Source: Octopus vulgaris | Lineage: Eukaryota | Assembly (NCBI GenBank): GCA_951406725.2 | Contig: OX597833.1 | Span: 12,896,001-12,960,000, forward strand | Length of the DNA stretch: 64,000 bases | Direction: 5' to 3' | Shown: positions 25,890-41,819 of the stretch, piece by piece | How the letters are laid out: each line of letters starts with the position of its first letter | Position numbering within the stretch: position 1 is the stretch's first letter | Program-made: the position numbers and the translations under genes | Notes under the pieces: model-generated | Told to the model about the DNA's origin: nothing | Database searches by the model: none | The model's input: only the letters and a program-made list of their open reading frames with translations

Positions 25890-26097
25890 TGCTTTCAGAT
25901 TTTGGCACAAGGCCAAGAATTTAGGGGGAGGGTGCAATCGACCCCAGTGTTCAAATGGTACTTAGTTTATCGAGCTCCGAAAGGATGAAAGGTAAAGTCG
26001 TCGTCGGTGGAATTCGAACCCAGCACGTGCAGACAGACGAAATGCCGCTAAGCATTTTTCCCGGCATGCTAACGATTCTGCCAGCTCACCGCCTTTA
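25890..26097 (-). mobile_element. SINE family 2
   Basis: Head ggcggtgagctggcagaatcgttagc plus core. Confidence 0.8.
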
Positions 26098-26970
26098 CAT
26101 ATATATAATATGTTAAGATTCAGGTGAATAAAGCACTTAAATGGTAAGGCACCGGGTTGGGTCAAATTCTTTAAAATGCATATACAGCAACTCTAGACGA
26201 ATACAAACGTTGGCACCGAAATACAGGTAGCTAGATATTCAGGTTATGTATACAATTAATCGAAACCAACTGAGTATATTATCAGGCCTTGGGCTAATCG
26301 AGAAACACACATTGTATTAAATATACGTTCCATATACTTCGGAACACGTGAGGAGCAGGTTACGAGACAGGTGAGTCATAAATAGGTAAACAACAAGCGA
26401 TGGACAGGTGTCAATTCATTGCAGCTGGTTCCAACGAATTTTTTATTGGTTAATGGGTAAATCGAATCGTTATCAGAACCCCCCTTTTCTTCAGATGAAT
26501 GCATGATACTAATGTATTCATCTGATGGAAAAGGATTTTTAATAATGATATAATGTACCTATCAATTAATTAAAAAAATTCGTTGGAACCAGCTGTAATG
26601 AATTGACACCTGTCCATCGTTTGTTGTTTACCTATTTATGACTCACCTGTCTCGTAACCTGCTCCTCACGTGTTCCGAAGTATATTATGGAACGTATATT
26701 TAATACAATGTGCGTTTCTAGATAAGCCGAAGATCTGGTAATATAATCAGTTGGTTTCGATTAATTGTACACATAACCTGATTATCTTGCTACCTGTACT
26801 TTGGTGCCAACGTTTGTATTCGTCTATAGTTGCTGTATATGCATTTTAAAGAATTTCACCCGACCCGGTGCCTTACCATTTAAGTGCCTTATTCACCTGA
26901 ATCTTAACATATTATATATATATGTAAAGGCGGTGAGCTGGCAGAATCGTTAGCATGCCGGGCAAAATGC
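26052..26970. repeat. Large fold-back with ~450-bp arms and a 7-nt apex; each arm begins with a decayed hammerhead
   Basis: 26052-26504 versus 26512-26970. attcat-CTGA(AGA/TGG)...GGAAC-cagctg-(C/T)A-atgaat at 26414-26500(-) and 26516-26603(+). Confidence 0.9.
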
Positions 26971-27036
26971 ATTTAGTTGATACCTATCCATCGTTTATTA
27001 TATATTTATACGTGCATACATACATACATACATACA

Positions 27037-27068
<32 letters not shown>

Positions 27069-27105
27069 CATATAAATATAGATATATAGATATATATTAT
27101 ATAAA

Positions 27106-27489
27106 TCTTTCTATATATAAAGCTGAAGTTGTCTGTGTATGGCAGGTTTGGTAGCCTTCAACTAACACCATCTCCTCCGAGACCCTGCGGCGCAAGTTGA
27201 CCAAAATTGAGAGTATGATAGAAGAAGGCTTGCTCTTCCTTCCGTAGAGAAAAAATCGGACCATGTTAACACCAAAAATTATTTACATCAAAAAGGTGCT
27301 TTTTTTCTATGCAAATCCCTATTTTTACGATTCTTTGACTGCTGTGTCGCCATTTTTCGGTGTATTTCAACCAGAAAAATGTTCACTTAAAGAGAATAAC
27401 AAGTTAGATAATGTAAAAGTTTTACTTTTCAAAAATTCCAATTCTAAAGGGTCGAAACAAAATCGAGCAACGCCTGGCGATACTGCTAG
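27106..27489 (+). mobile_element. Helitron-like element
   Basis: A|TC...gagcaacgcctggcgatactgCTAG|T. Confidence 0.7.
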
Positions 27490-27885
27490 TCTATATATAT
27501 AAATATATGCATATATACATACATATATGTACATACCTACATATATATGTATATATACATGCATATATGGGTACAGGACATAAAAAACAGACGTTGAACA
27601 CAATGAGAAACGAAAAGATAAAAACAAAAACATAGAAAACGAACTTTTTTCGAACAACGAAAAAACAAAGAAACAGAGAAGCGAGACATGCAACATAAAG
27701 AATATTCCCCTTCATCAATTGTCCCTGTTTCATCTACTCCGCGTTTGCGAATGTAAGGACAATATGCGACTTCATTGAAACAGTATATATGTTCAATAAA
27801 ATCTAAGTGAATAACTTTCAATATTCATATTACAATTTTGGCAGCTTTTTCAACCCAGTCAATGACGGGTGTTTCTGCTAGTACA

Positions 27886-27998
<113 letters not shown>

Positions 27999-28454
27999 AT
28001 GTGTATATATGTACGAATGTTTATGTGTGTATATATATATATATAAATTAATAAATAGATAAAACATATGCATATATACATACATATATGTACGTACCTA
28101 CCTCTACATGTATATATACATGCATATATGGGTACAAGACACCAAAAAAAAACATCGAACACAATGAGAAACGTAAACATAAACACAAAACCAAGGAAAT
28201 GGACATTTTTCTTAAACAACGAAAAAATAGAGTACAGGACATACAAAACAAGGAAAATTCCCCTTCTTCAGTCGCCTCTGTTTCATCTACTCCACGTTTC
28301 GAAGGTCAAGGCGATACATGACTTTAATGAAACAATCCTTCCCGCGAAAATCAAATTAAATAAATAAAATTTGAGATTTTTTTGCAGAGGGGTAAAAATG
28401 CTAACAAAAACAGGACAGTGACGGAACGCACGCATCCATTTCTAAGTAAGATTG

Positions 28455-28556
<102 letters not shown>

Positions 28557-28949
28557 GTGTGTTTATACGTACATGCAGAAACTATTATGGCTAACGGCGC
28601 ATTGATAAATTTCAAAACATGATTCCTGGTTTGTTTTTTAATTGTTTATATTTTGCCATAGAATTGTTACCATCTACTGTATTTCCATTATATTCTTTCT
28701 GAATTTATCTTTAAAATTTACAATAGATTAAAAAAAAAATGAATAATAAACACAAAAACACATTTAAAATATATTTTTAAAAAAACCTCCCCCACAAAAA
28801 TTCCTAATAAAATTTATTTCTTTACCGACACTTGCCAAACGTAATCATTAATCATATTTCATTAATCATATTAATGTTCCACAGGTATTGGTATCTGTCT
28901 TCCATAAGTTGATATAATGCTTCGATGAAAATATAGTTACACGTACTAT

Positions 28950-29174
28950 TTTACTCTTTTTTACTCTTTTATTTGTTTCAGTCATTTGACTGCGGCCATG
29001 CTGGAGCACCGCCTTTAATCGAGCAACTCGACCTCGGGACTTATTCTTTTGTAAGCCCAGTACTTATTATATCGGTCTCTTTTTGCCGAACCGCTAAGTA
29101 ACGGGGACATAAACACACTAGCATCGGTTGTCAAGCAATGCTAGGGGACAAACACAGACACACAAACACACGCA

Positions 29175-29213
<39 letters not shown>

Positions 29214-29375
29214 GACGGGCTTCTTTCAGTTTCCGTCTACCAAATCCACTCACAAGGCTTTGGTCGGCCCGAGGCTATAGCAGAAGACACTTGCCCAAGA
29301 TGCCACACAGTGGGACTGAACCCGGAACCATGTGGTTGGTAGACAAGCTACTTACCACACAGCCACTCCTGCGCC
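28950..29375 (-). mobile_element. SINE family 1, full length
   Basis: Family consensus match. Confidence 0.9.
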
Positions 29376-29496
29376 TTCACTTTACATATCACACTCTTCT
29401 GAAACATAGCAAAAATATGAAAGTAAACGTACACTTTAGCATTTCAAATGCATCCATCTTGTTGCATCCCATCTATTTAATGTTTCAACAATTTCT

Positions 29497-30048
<552 letters not shown>

Positions 30049-30643
30049 ATATGGAACTTTTACATTATATACAGGGTATTCAAAAAGTCTCTCCGCAGCA
30101 ACTATTTTATTGCAAAAAAAAAGTGCTGGGGTCGATTCATTCGACGAAAAATTCAAGATGATGCCCCATCATGGCCGCAGTATAATGAGTGAAACAAGTA
30201 AAAAGCGAAAGAATTTCTCATAATGGGGTCCTGAAAATCAAAGGATTCCATAAAAAGGTCCTGGGATCACATGATATAAGATTACGTTTTATAGAATTTT
30301 ACAAAAATACATTTTATAAATCATAGTATTCACCATTTTCAAAATAACAAATTATTGCACATTATTTTTTTGACTTGAATAAATTTTCCCTGAAATACTC
30401 TTTTAGTTGTTTCAGTCATTTGACTGCGGCCATGCTGGAGTACCGCCTTTAGTCGAGCAATTCGAACTCAGGACTTATTCGTTGGAAGCCTAGTACGTAT
30501 TGTATCGGTCTCTTTTGCCGAACCGCTAATTTACGGGGACGTAAACACACCAGCATCGGTTGCCAAGCGATGCTGTGGGGTACAAACAGACACACAAACA
30601 TATACAGACACATACATAGCATATATATATATACATACATACA

Positions 30644-30737
<94 letters not shown>

Positions 30738-30741
<4 letters not shown>

Positions 30742-32390
30742 TTCTCAAATTTCTACATTTTCTTACATTTTCTTAATTTAATTAACTTATTATCAGAAAC
30801 GAACTCGTTTTTAATCAAAAATTTATTAAAACATATCCCAGCACACCACATAATTGTTATTAATCGTGAAATTTAGTCAATATCTTGTTGCTCCTCCTTT
30901 GGCAGCAATGACAGCTTTTACGCGGGTCGGCATGCTGTCTATGAGTGCCTGCAGGTACTGTGCAGGGATGGCCCTCCATGCAGCAAGAAGTGTCCCAAAC
31001 AGCTCGTGTCGGTTTCTGTATTGCTGCACATTCAAATCCCTATCCAATCGACTCCAGAGGTTCTCAATAGGGTTCAGGTCAGGTGACTAGCCAGGCCAGT
31101 CCATGACCGTCACCCCATGGTCCTTGAAGAAACCGGTTGTGAGCTTGGCTGTGTGGGAAGGCGCGTTGTCCTGCTGGAGCACGTACTCCTCGCCACCAAA
31201 GAGGTATCCCGTACTATCTCAACGTACTTTGCTGCGTTGATGTTGCCTTCGACGGCATAGAGCCGCCCAACACCACTGTAGCTGAACGCCCCTCACACCA
31301 TCAGACCACCCCCACCATGCTTCATGGTGGGAGCAATGCAGTCTTTGTTGAAGCGCTCACCCCTGCAGCGTCGCACATGGACAGGCTTGTCACTGACGAG
31401 ACTGAATCGCGACTCGTCAGTGAACATCACTGTCTGCCACTGCTGCACGGTCCATGTCTTGTGGGCACGGGCCCAGAGCAGCCGCCTCTTCCGGTTTTGG
31501 GCTGTAAGGAGCGGCTTCCAGTAATCTGGTCTTGACGGTGGTTGTAGACAACTGCTTCCCTGTCATCTTTTGCATCTCCTCCGCCAGTTGCCGGCTCGTT
31601 GCCCTTCGGTTGTACAGTGACTTTCGGATCAGCATCCGGTCCTCCTGCTGGGTCGTCAGCCTCTTCCGTCCCCTACCCTTTTTGTCAGCTGCTGATCTGG
31701 TTTCCTCGTATTTCTTAAATAAGCACTGAATTGTGCGCCTGGCTACACCAAGTTTTCTGGCTATTGCAGCCTCCGACAGCTTCCCACGCCACGAGAGAGC
31801 CTCGTACCGTCTCTCCAAGGTCATGCGAGGTCCTGGGCCCATCTAGGAATGAACGATAAAAACCAGTTATTTTCATTAAAACTATTCATTTAATAATGTT
31901 ATGCTATAACAAAACTGCTATGAGTTATTATTCATTAAACAAAAAAGAAAGAAAGCAGAATTTCTCACCTTATTTGATGTATAACAGAAAGTTTTGTGAA
32001 CCGGAAGTGACGTCATCAAGCAGAGTGTAGGAGAATTTGTGAGGAAAAAAAATCTTGCAAATACACAAATCAATTAACATACGAGCTGTTCAAAACGTCT
32101 TACGCGATGAGAAAACTTAGTACGGTGTGATTTCGGTCCTTGCGAGGCGCTACCTATATCTATTAAACAAAGGAAGATTTGTCTGCATCCGCACTCCAAG
32201 TTGTTGTTGCACTGCTATGTCCACATCATTAGGCTGTAGACTCTCAAACTGCTCTGCAAACAAAGTTACGTCATCGTTCTGCACAACAGTGAACTCACAA
32301 CAAAGCAATAGTTCGAGATATGGCCACTAGGTGACAGCAAATACCTTGAGTGAAGAGCAAATCAAGGGTGCTAATTAATTTCTGACGGTA

Positions 32391-32392
<2 letters not shown>
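30738..32392 (-). mobile_element. Tc1-like transposon; 5' terminus present, 3' TIR not evident
   Basis: Terminus ta-ctaccgtcagaaattaattagcacc at the right end, transposase inside, sits in (TA)n. Confidence 0.85.
30877..31842 (-). pseudogene. Tc1 DD34E transposase pseudogene
   Basis: Paired-like HTH, GRKR, FTDESRF, KHGGG, QQDNAPSH-(34 aa)-SPDLNPIENLW, ending KGGATRY*. Contains deletions, frameshifts and stops. Confidence 0.95.
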
Positions 32393-32443
<51 letters not shown>

Positions 32444-33134
32444 CATATATGCGACGAGCCTCTTTCAGTTTCCGTCTACCAAATCCACTCACAAGGCTTT
32501 GGTCGGCACGAGGCTATAGTAGAAGACACTTGCCCAAGGTGCCACGCAGTGGGACTGAACCCGGAATCACATGTGCTTCGTAAGCAAGCTACTTACCACA
32601 CAGCCACTCTTACGCATGTGTTTAACACACAGCGACCCTTACGCCTACGATAATATTGGTTTCATGTAATGTTGAGTGATTAGATATAGGTCCATGATTT
32701 TTGGGGAAAAAAATCATATAAGGGTTCTGTGACAAAATAAGTTTGGAAGCCACTGGTCCAGTATACAATGGCCTACTCTCTGCCCTGGTGTACAGCAGAA
32801 CAGCGTTCCCAGTTAGTTCTCTTTGAAGAATCAATAACAATATCCAACAATGTGCTTTGTACGGGCATCGCATTTGTTCAGTGATGCCTTTATTACTTTT
32901 GAAGTTGAAGAATATTTATTGCCATAGAGTTCTTTACATTATTCCGCTTCATATTGCTACAATGAATATCTCTCTTTTTTTTTTTCTAATCAGATATTAT
33001 CTCTTCAGTATTGATCTTAAAGAGTTGTGGTGGAAATAATACGTAAAAGAAAGACGAATATTAAAATTACATTTTATTTTGATAAATATATTATGAATAA
33101 TAGACATGTTCATATCTATGTTTTTTAGTATGAT

Positions 33135-33661
33135 TATATGTATGTATGTATGTGTCCGTACTTATGTATGCATGTATGTATGTATGTATGTATGTATGTA
33201 TGTATGTATGTATGTATGTATGTGTGCGTACTTATGTATGCATGTATGTATGTATGTATGTATGTATGTATGTATGTATGTTTGTATGTATGTATGTATG
33301 CATGTATGTGTGTGTATGTATGTATGTATGTACGTACGTACGTACGTATGTATGTATGTATGTATGTATGTGTGTGTATGTATGTATTTCTGCTTGTATG
33401 TATGTGTGTGTATGTATGTATGTATGTGTATGTGTGTGTATGTATGTGTATGTATGTGTATGTATGTCTGCTTGCATGTATGTGTATATATGTATGTGTG
33501 TATGTGTGTGAATGTATGTATGTAGTATGTATGTGTACGTATGTACGTGTGCATATGTGTGTATGCATGTATATATGTATGCATGCATGCGTGTATGTAT
33601 GTATGTATGTATGTATGTATGTATGTATGTATGTCTGCTTGTATTTATGTATGTATGTATG

Positions 33662-33696
<35 letters not shown>

Positions 33697-33722
33697 ATGT
33701 GTGTGTGTGTGTATTATGTATG
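33135..33722. repeat. (TATG)n/(TG)n compound microsatellite
   Basis: Seen directly. Confidence 0.95.
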
Positions 33723-33834
33723 TCTGTTCTATTTTTTAATTATTATAAATCTTCCACTGAGGAAGGAGCCGGTTTCCAACAAAGATAAAGATAAAAAGTT
33801 CCATCTTTGGAAAGTAGTTAACACAGACAAATTC

Positions 33835-34830
33835 ACATTTGGAATTTGAGAGAAGTCTTGCATATTTTTACTGTTCCACTCACAGATTACACTTCTAATG
33901 TACGAATCAGCCGGTCAATTTCCCTTTTTGAAAATCCCAGTTTATCCAGATTCTCCTTCAAGTATTTACTAACAAAACCTAGTGCTCCAATTATTATTGG
34001 TATGAATATGAATTCATAGTCTGGATATAGAAGCTGGAGGTTTCGAAGTAGTTGTCCATAGATATCCTCTTTTTCTTTGATTTTCAAAGAGATATTTATA
34101 TCTGCAGGCAACTGACCACTGTGATGGTACAAACCTTTACCAATCTGTCCCAAACAATAGTATCCGGTCTGTTGTTTACATTTGACAGAAGTTTTGATGG
34201 GAATATTCCACCAGTATTCCTTGAGTTGGTGCTTATGAATGTATTCCATAACAGAGGGATTTTCTAAGTTTGTTGCGGATTACATTGTAAATTGTTTTAG
34301 CAACAACGTCATGCCACACGGGGAGGTAGTACCGTGACGACATTTTAGGACAGCTGATAATCACATGCGTGATGTTTTCCACAGAAACATGACATTGCCT
34401 ACACATGTGGTCGCACCTTGGAATTACAAGTGTATCACTGTCTCTCTTGTTCACCAGGTATTTTGTGGCAATCTCCTGTTCCTGGATTGCAAACTCATAG
34501 TCTTCAAAGTGTGATGTCATGTAGTGGTCTTGTGTCCAAGAGAGGCTGCGCTTCGAGTCAATTCTACTGTCTTCTTCAAGCTTCCGGGCAACATGCATGG
34601 TTTTTTCTTTCTTTTTTTTTTTTTGTATGATGAGTCCTTTTCATCCAAGTCTTCTCTGAAGTAAAAGAGTCGAACTGTTTTGGGGCTGTATTGGATATCA
34701 TCAGGAAGAGAGTGTTTCTTGAGGAGTTCAGTGCCAGCTCGTACAATGTTGCTTATTGTACATTTTGCTTCGTGATTTAAAATTTCCTTAATGCAGTTTA
34801 AGCTGGTAGCTTACAAAGCGACAAGACTTC
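33835..34830 (-). pseudogene. REL-type non-LTR retrotransposon C-terminus (CCHC knuckle + endonuclease), decayed
   Basis: FAIQEQEI.T..CRQCHVSVENITHVIISCPKM..WHDVVAK; EYWWN..NRPD..K..Y..L..PIIIGALG. Confidence 0.85.
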
Positions 34831-34878
34831 TCGAGATCTGTAAATATGTGATTGAGTTCTTTTGTCCATACATATAGA

Positions 34879-35256
34879 TCAGTCCCACTGCGTGGCACCT
34901 TGGGCAAGTGTCTTCTACTATAGCCTCGGGCCGACCAAAGCCTTGTGAGTGGATTTGGTAGACGGAAGCTGAAAGAAGCCCGTCGTATATATGTATATAT
35001 GTATATATATGCGTGTGTGTGTTTGTATGTCTGTGTTTGTCCCCCACAACATCGCTTGACAACCGATGCTGGTGCGTTTATGTCCCCGTTGCTTAGCGGT
35101 TCGGCAAAAAGAGATCGATAGAATAAGTACTGGGCTTACAAAAGAATAAGTCCCGCGGTCGAGTTGCTCGATTAAAGGCGGTGCTCCAGCATGGCCGCAG
35201 TCAAATGACTGAAACAAGTAAAAGAGAAAGAGAAAAGAAAAGAGAAAAAGAGAGAA
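34879..35256 (+). mobile_element. SINE family 1, 5'-truncated
   Basis: Family consensus match. Confidence 0.9.
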
Positions 35257-35407
35257 ATAGATGTATTAACCTGCTTTCATGTCCTGTGTGAACATGCCTT
35301 TTTAGTACTTAGGTGTTTATGCGTGCGAGGAGTATCTATGTGTGTGCGAAAATGTGTGTGTGTCTGTGTGCATCACTACTTTTTATGTATGTCTCCGTGT
35401 ATCTCTA

Positions 35408-35870
35408 GAGGCGCAATGGCCCAGTGGTTAGGGCAGCGGACTCGCGGTCTTAGGATCGCGGTTTCGATTCCCAGACCGGGTATTGTGAGTGTTTATTGAG
35501 CGAAAACACCTAAAACTCCACGAGGCTCCGGCAGGGATGGTGGTGATCCCTGCTGTACTCTTTCACCACAACTTTCTCTCCCTCTTACTTCCTGTTTCTG
35601 TTGTACCTGTATTTCAAAAGGGCCGGCCTTGTCACTCTCTGTGTCACGCTAAATCTCCCTGAGAACTACGTTAAGAGTACACATGTCTACTGGTGCCAAG
35701 CTGTATTGGCCTTTGCCTTTCCCTTGGATAACATCAGTGGCGTGGAAAGGAAAGGCTGATATGCTTGGAAGACTGCTGGTCTTCCATAAAAATCAACCTT
35801 GCCCAGACTCGTGCCTCGGGGGGTAACTTTCTAGGTGAAATCCCATGTTCATTCATGACCGAAGGGGGTC
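35408..35870 (+). mobile_element. tRNA-derived SINE family 3 joined to a different 3' segment
   Basis: Head gaggcgcaatggcccagtggttagggcagcggactcgc..gtttcgattccc. Matches the 44548 copy up to ~35688, then diverges. Confidence 0.85.
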
Positions 35871-36097
35871 ACAACGTGTATCTCTGTATGTATGTTTTTT
35901 TGTTTGCGTTTAATATAAGTACTTCTTGATAGAGTTCAAGCCAGACGCCAACAAAGCAACAAGAGTTTTTCAGTTCGATTCTCATAAAAATCTCACACGG
36001 AGAATTTTGGGAATGTTTTGTATGTATGTATGTATGTATGTATGTATGTATGTATGTATGTATGTATGTATGTATGTATGTATGTATGCAAATACTA

Positions 36098-36301
36098 TAC
36101 TCTTTTACTTGTTTCAGTCATTTGACTGCGGCCATGGTGAAGCACTACCTTTAGTCGAACAAATCGACCCCAGGACTTATTCTTTGTAAGCCCAGTAATT
36201 ATTCTATCGGTCACTTTTGCCGGATCGCTAAGATACGGGGACGTAAACACACCAGCATCGGTTGTCAAGCGATGCTGGGGGGGGCAAACACAGACACACA
36301 A

Positions 36302-36379
<78 letters not shown>

Positions 36380-36556
36380 GTACATATATACGACGGGTTT
36401 CTTTTCAGTTTCCGTCTACCAAATCCACTCACAAAGCTTTGGTCGGCCCGAGGCTACAGTAGAAGACACTTGCCCAAGGTGCCACGCAGAAGGACTGAAC
36501 CTGGAACCATGTGGTTGATGAGCAAGCTACTTACCACACAGCCACTCCTACGCCTA
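36098..36556 (-). mobile_element. SINE family 1, full length
   Basis: Family consensus match. Confidence 0.9.
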
Positions 36557-37114
36557 TTATGGCTATAAAATCTAGAAATATAATAAAATATTAGGATTAT
36601 CATCTATGACTATACGGCCTGTGTACATATCACATATTATCAATAATAAGATGATATATTATAATCTATAGTATATCACTTAATTAATCACGTTGATATT
36701 CGATGTCGGTGTGATAAGTATGTGGAGAAATTCTGAAACTAAATACAATGATATTCAATGAAATATTTTTATACCGATAACCGCTTTGTACCAATGTTTG
36801 CCAATGAAATTATACAGGCAGCAGTTATCTAAATAATCTACATATATATTTATATAAGGTAGAGCTCTTATAGCTGTTACTGTGACGTATAAAAGCTTAA
36901 AGACACATACACACGCACACACAATACTTTCTCTCTCTCTCTCTCAATCTCTTTCTCTCTCTCATATACACACAGGCAAACGCGAGTGCGCATATATGGT
37001 TATTGTGGTTACATATCTTCATGTTGGTTGATTTACATCGTAGATAATCTTATTAGGTCCGGATAACGCTTAGATAATGTGTCTCGTTTTGGTAAGTTCT
37101 ATGGTTTATATATG

Positions 37115-37170
<56 letters not shown>

Positions 37171-37232
37171 CATATATTTATATGTATATGTGTGAGTGTG
37201 TGTGTGAATATGTATGGGTCGCTGTATAAGTG

Positions 37233-37299
<67 letters not shown>

Positions 37300-37402
37300 G
37301 ATATACATAGACATACAAACGCGCGCGCGAAAACACAGATACATAGACACTAAAGCACACGTATATACACCTACCCACTTGCCTGCATCACAAATATAAA
37401 TA

Positions 37403-37457
<55 letters not shown>

Positions 37458-37520
37458 TTCTAAATGTATGCATAGATAAATGTGTATGCATACATATATA
37501 TATATATATATACACACATA

Positions 37521-37580
<60 letters not shown>

Positions 37581-37774
37581 CATACATACACACACAGGCA
37601 CGCACACACACACACATTTATATATACATAAAGATAAACATGTATAAGTATTTATATATATGAATATATATACGTGTGTGTGTGTATTTATATAGATATT
37701 ACCAGAAGCACTCTTACACACACACACACACACACACTTTCTCTCTCTCTCTCTCTCACGCACACACACACACA

Positions 37775-37810
<36 letters not shown>

Positions 37811-38218
37811 CACACTTGCATATACTCTCCACTCCCGAAACATGAGTGAAAACTATGAAACAAACCATATGAAGGCTTCAGATGTGATTATTTGTGCAGA
37901 GTCGATGCAGAAATGTCCATGTTGGTGTGTGTCTACATGGTTTAGTCCTCATCGATCGATAAAAGCCAGCTTTTTGGTACTAACAACTTTTCTTCTCTCT
38001 TAAATTCCTTCACAGAAGCTCTCAGCTAAATACTAACAACGGTTATCGCCTGCAGACGAACTGGCCAATCAACAGCCGTGCTGAGAGGAGCTCAATATTT
38101 ACCTGCTGCAAACGCGCGCGCCTGCGCACACCACACAAACACTCACACACGCGTACACACACACACATGTATATGACATGTGTAGGAATTAGTGCATGTA
38201 CGTTTCTATGTATCTATG

Positions 38219-38269
<51 letters not shown>

Positions 38270-38379
38270 TTGCATGAATGAATATATGTATGTACATATG
38301 TTCCTATATATGTATAAGTATATATATATATATACATAGGTTATCTATCTATCTCCATCTCTATCTATCTAAATATCTA

Positions 38380-38437
<58 letters not shown>

Positions 38438-39382
38438 TACATATATACATTTTATATATATATATTTATATATATATATATATATATATACAGCATGTCT
38501 GACTGTTTCTGTCTGTCCAACTGTTTGTCTGCCTGTCTGTCTGTATGTATGTATGTATAAACACATACATATATATTTATATATGCATATACATACACAC
38601 ACAGTTATATTTATAGGTATATGTATGTGTATGTGTATGTGTGTATGAGTGCATGCGGAGAGAGAGCGAGATAGAGAGAGAGGGAGAAAAAGGGAGAAAA
38701 ATGGGAGAGAGAGAATGAGAGAAGGATGGAAATAGAAAAAAAGAAAAACAACTGTACCTGTACATGTTTATGTGTCAGTGGGTGTGCGTGCGTATGTGTA
38801 CATGTGTGTATGTTTGAGAGAGAGAGAGAGATAGAGAGAGTGTGTGTGTGTGCGCTTGCTTGCTTGGGTGTCCATCCGTGCGTGCTTTGACATCGTAAAA
38901 TCGTAAACTGCTCCTAGTAATCAGTGAACACTAACGAACGACTTGCCTTCAGTAACTCGTTTAGGTCAGACTTGTCCTTACGTAACACCACTCCGCGTGA
39001 TGGTGTGAATATAATGTGTCCCTGTACAATTTGATTTGACCTTTGATCCCTGACTCTTGTTCCTTGACCCTCAACACGTCAGCATTGATATTCCAACCTA
39101 AAATGAACAGAAACCATTTCACCATGAGTGAGTCATGTCAACTGACACCCTTCCACACACACACACAAAGCAGGCATTGCTATTTCTACAAACAAACACA
39201 GTTTGAATAGTTAGAGATATGACTACTATAATATGATTTAGAGCTCCACGTTAATTATCTTTATCCAGTCGACTTCCAGTATAGTAGTTCATCTACCACT
39301 GTTCTTACAAGTATTACTGGTTATAACATAGAGATTATGCAGAGGAAAACTAAGATAAGCTTGTGTATAAGTTCTTAGTTAT

Positions 39383-39442
<60 letters not shown>

Positions 39443-39446
39443 ATAG

Positions 39447-40759
<1,313 letters not shown>

Positions 40760-40822
40760 TACACATATATAGTTATGTATGTGTATATATATATATATAT
40801 ATAACTCGCTCTGAGATTTATC

Positions 40823-40857
<35 letters not shown>

Positions 40858-41068
40858 ATATATGTACATATATAAGTATTTATGTATATATATATATGTA
40901 CATATGCTTATGTATTTAATATATGTATATGTATTTATGTATATATATATATATATATATGTGTGTATGTATGTACATATATATATATAAATATACATAT
41001 ATGTATATACGCGCGTACATACACACACAGACACACACACGCACACATACACACACACATTCAAACAA

Positions 41069-41210
41069 AGTTTCCATCAACCAAATCTTCCCGCAAGGCT
41101 TTGGTCGGCCCGAATCTGTAGTAGAAGACAAGGTGCTACGTAGTGGGACTGAACCTGGAACCACTGCGGTTGGGAAGCAAACTCCGTACCACTCATCCAC
41201 GCCTGGGCCT
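41069..41210 (-). mobile_element. Diverged SINE family 1 5' fragment
   Basis: Partial match. Confidence 0.65.
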
Positions 41211-41383
41211 ACGTTGTGTTCTGTAAGCGATATGCAGAAACGCAGGAAGGCGGCGAGACAGTCCGCCTTAGATGATGCTTTTATGGGAGTGACCCCAAGT
41301 CCGCTGTATAAACCTGTGTAATGTTTGGGCCCGGAGCGCGTGAAAAACTCAAATTTTGCTCTAGATGGCGCAAACTCTAGCTA

Positions 41384-41688
41384 GTGAGGCACATGGCCTT
41401 GTGGTTAGAGCAGCGGACTCGCAGTCGAGGGATCGCGGGTTCGAATCTCAGACCGGGCGATGCGTGTGTTTATGAGCAAAATACTTAAGCTCCACGAGGT
41501 TCCGGCAGAAGGTAATGGCTAACTTCTGCTGACTCTTTCGCCATAACTTTCTCTCACTCTTTCCTCCTGCATCTTGCAGCTCACCTGCGACGGACCGGCG
41601 TCCCGTCCAGGTGGGGAACCTATACGCCAAGAAACCGGGAAACCGGCCCTTATGAGCCAGGCATAGCTCGAGAAGGAACAAACAAACA
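41384..41688 (+). mobile_element. SINE family 3 variant, full length
   Basis: tRNA-like head, (AAAC)n tail, 12-bp TSD aaactctagcta. A further fragment lies at 63930-64000. Confidence 0.9.
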
Positions 41689-41819
41689 AAAACTCTAGCT
41701 ACTCCGTTGGCATTATCGTTCTGACTTTCAGAAAAAACATAAACCAAGTCAATCTCATCTTTTTTGTGGAGGGCCAGCTAAAGGTCTAGGAACAATCGCT
41801 CACCCCACACTAAACCCAT

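Larger units (their letters stand above)
30397..32612 (-). mobile_element. SINE family 1 split by a Tc1 insertion into its internal (TA)n
   Basis: 3' half at 30397-30737, 5' half at 32393-32612. Confidence 0.85.

Noticed and set aside
32700-32990. Possible LTR-retrotransposon gag remnant on the minus strand
   Set aside because: Only a vague KELYGN.. resemblance, too short and decayed to support.
33750-33815. CTGAGGA hammerhead-like start (similar partial motifs at ~52845 and ~55365)
   Set aside because: No correctly placed GAAA-stem III-NUH with a matching stem I.
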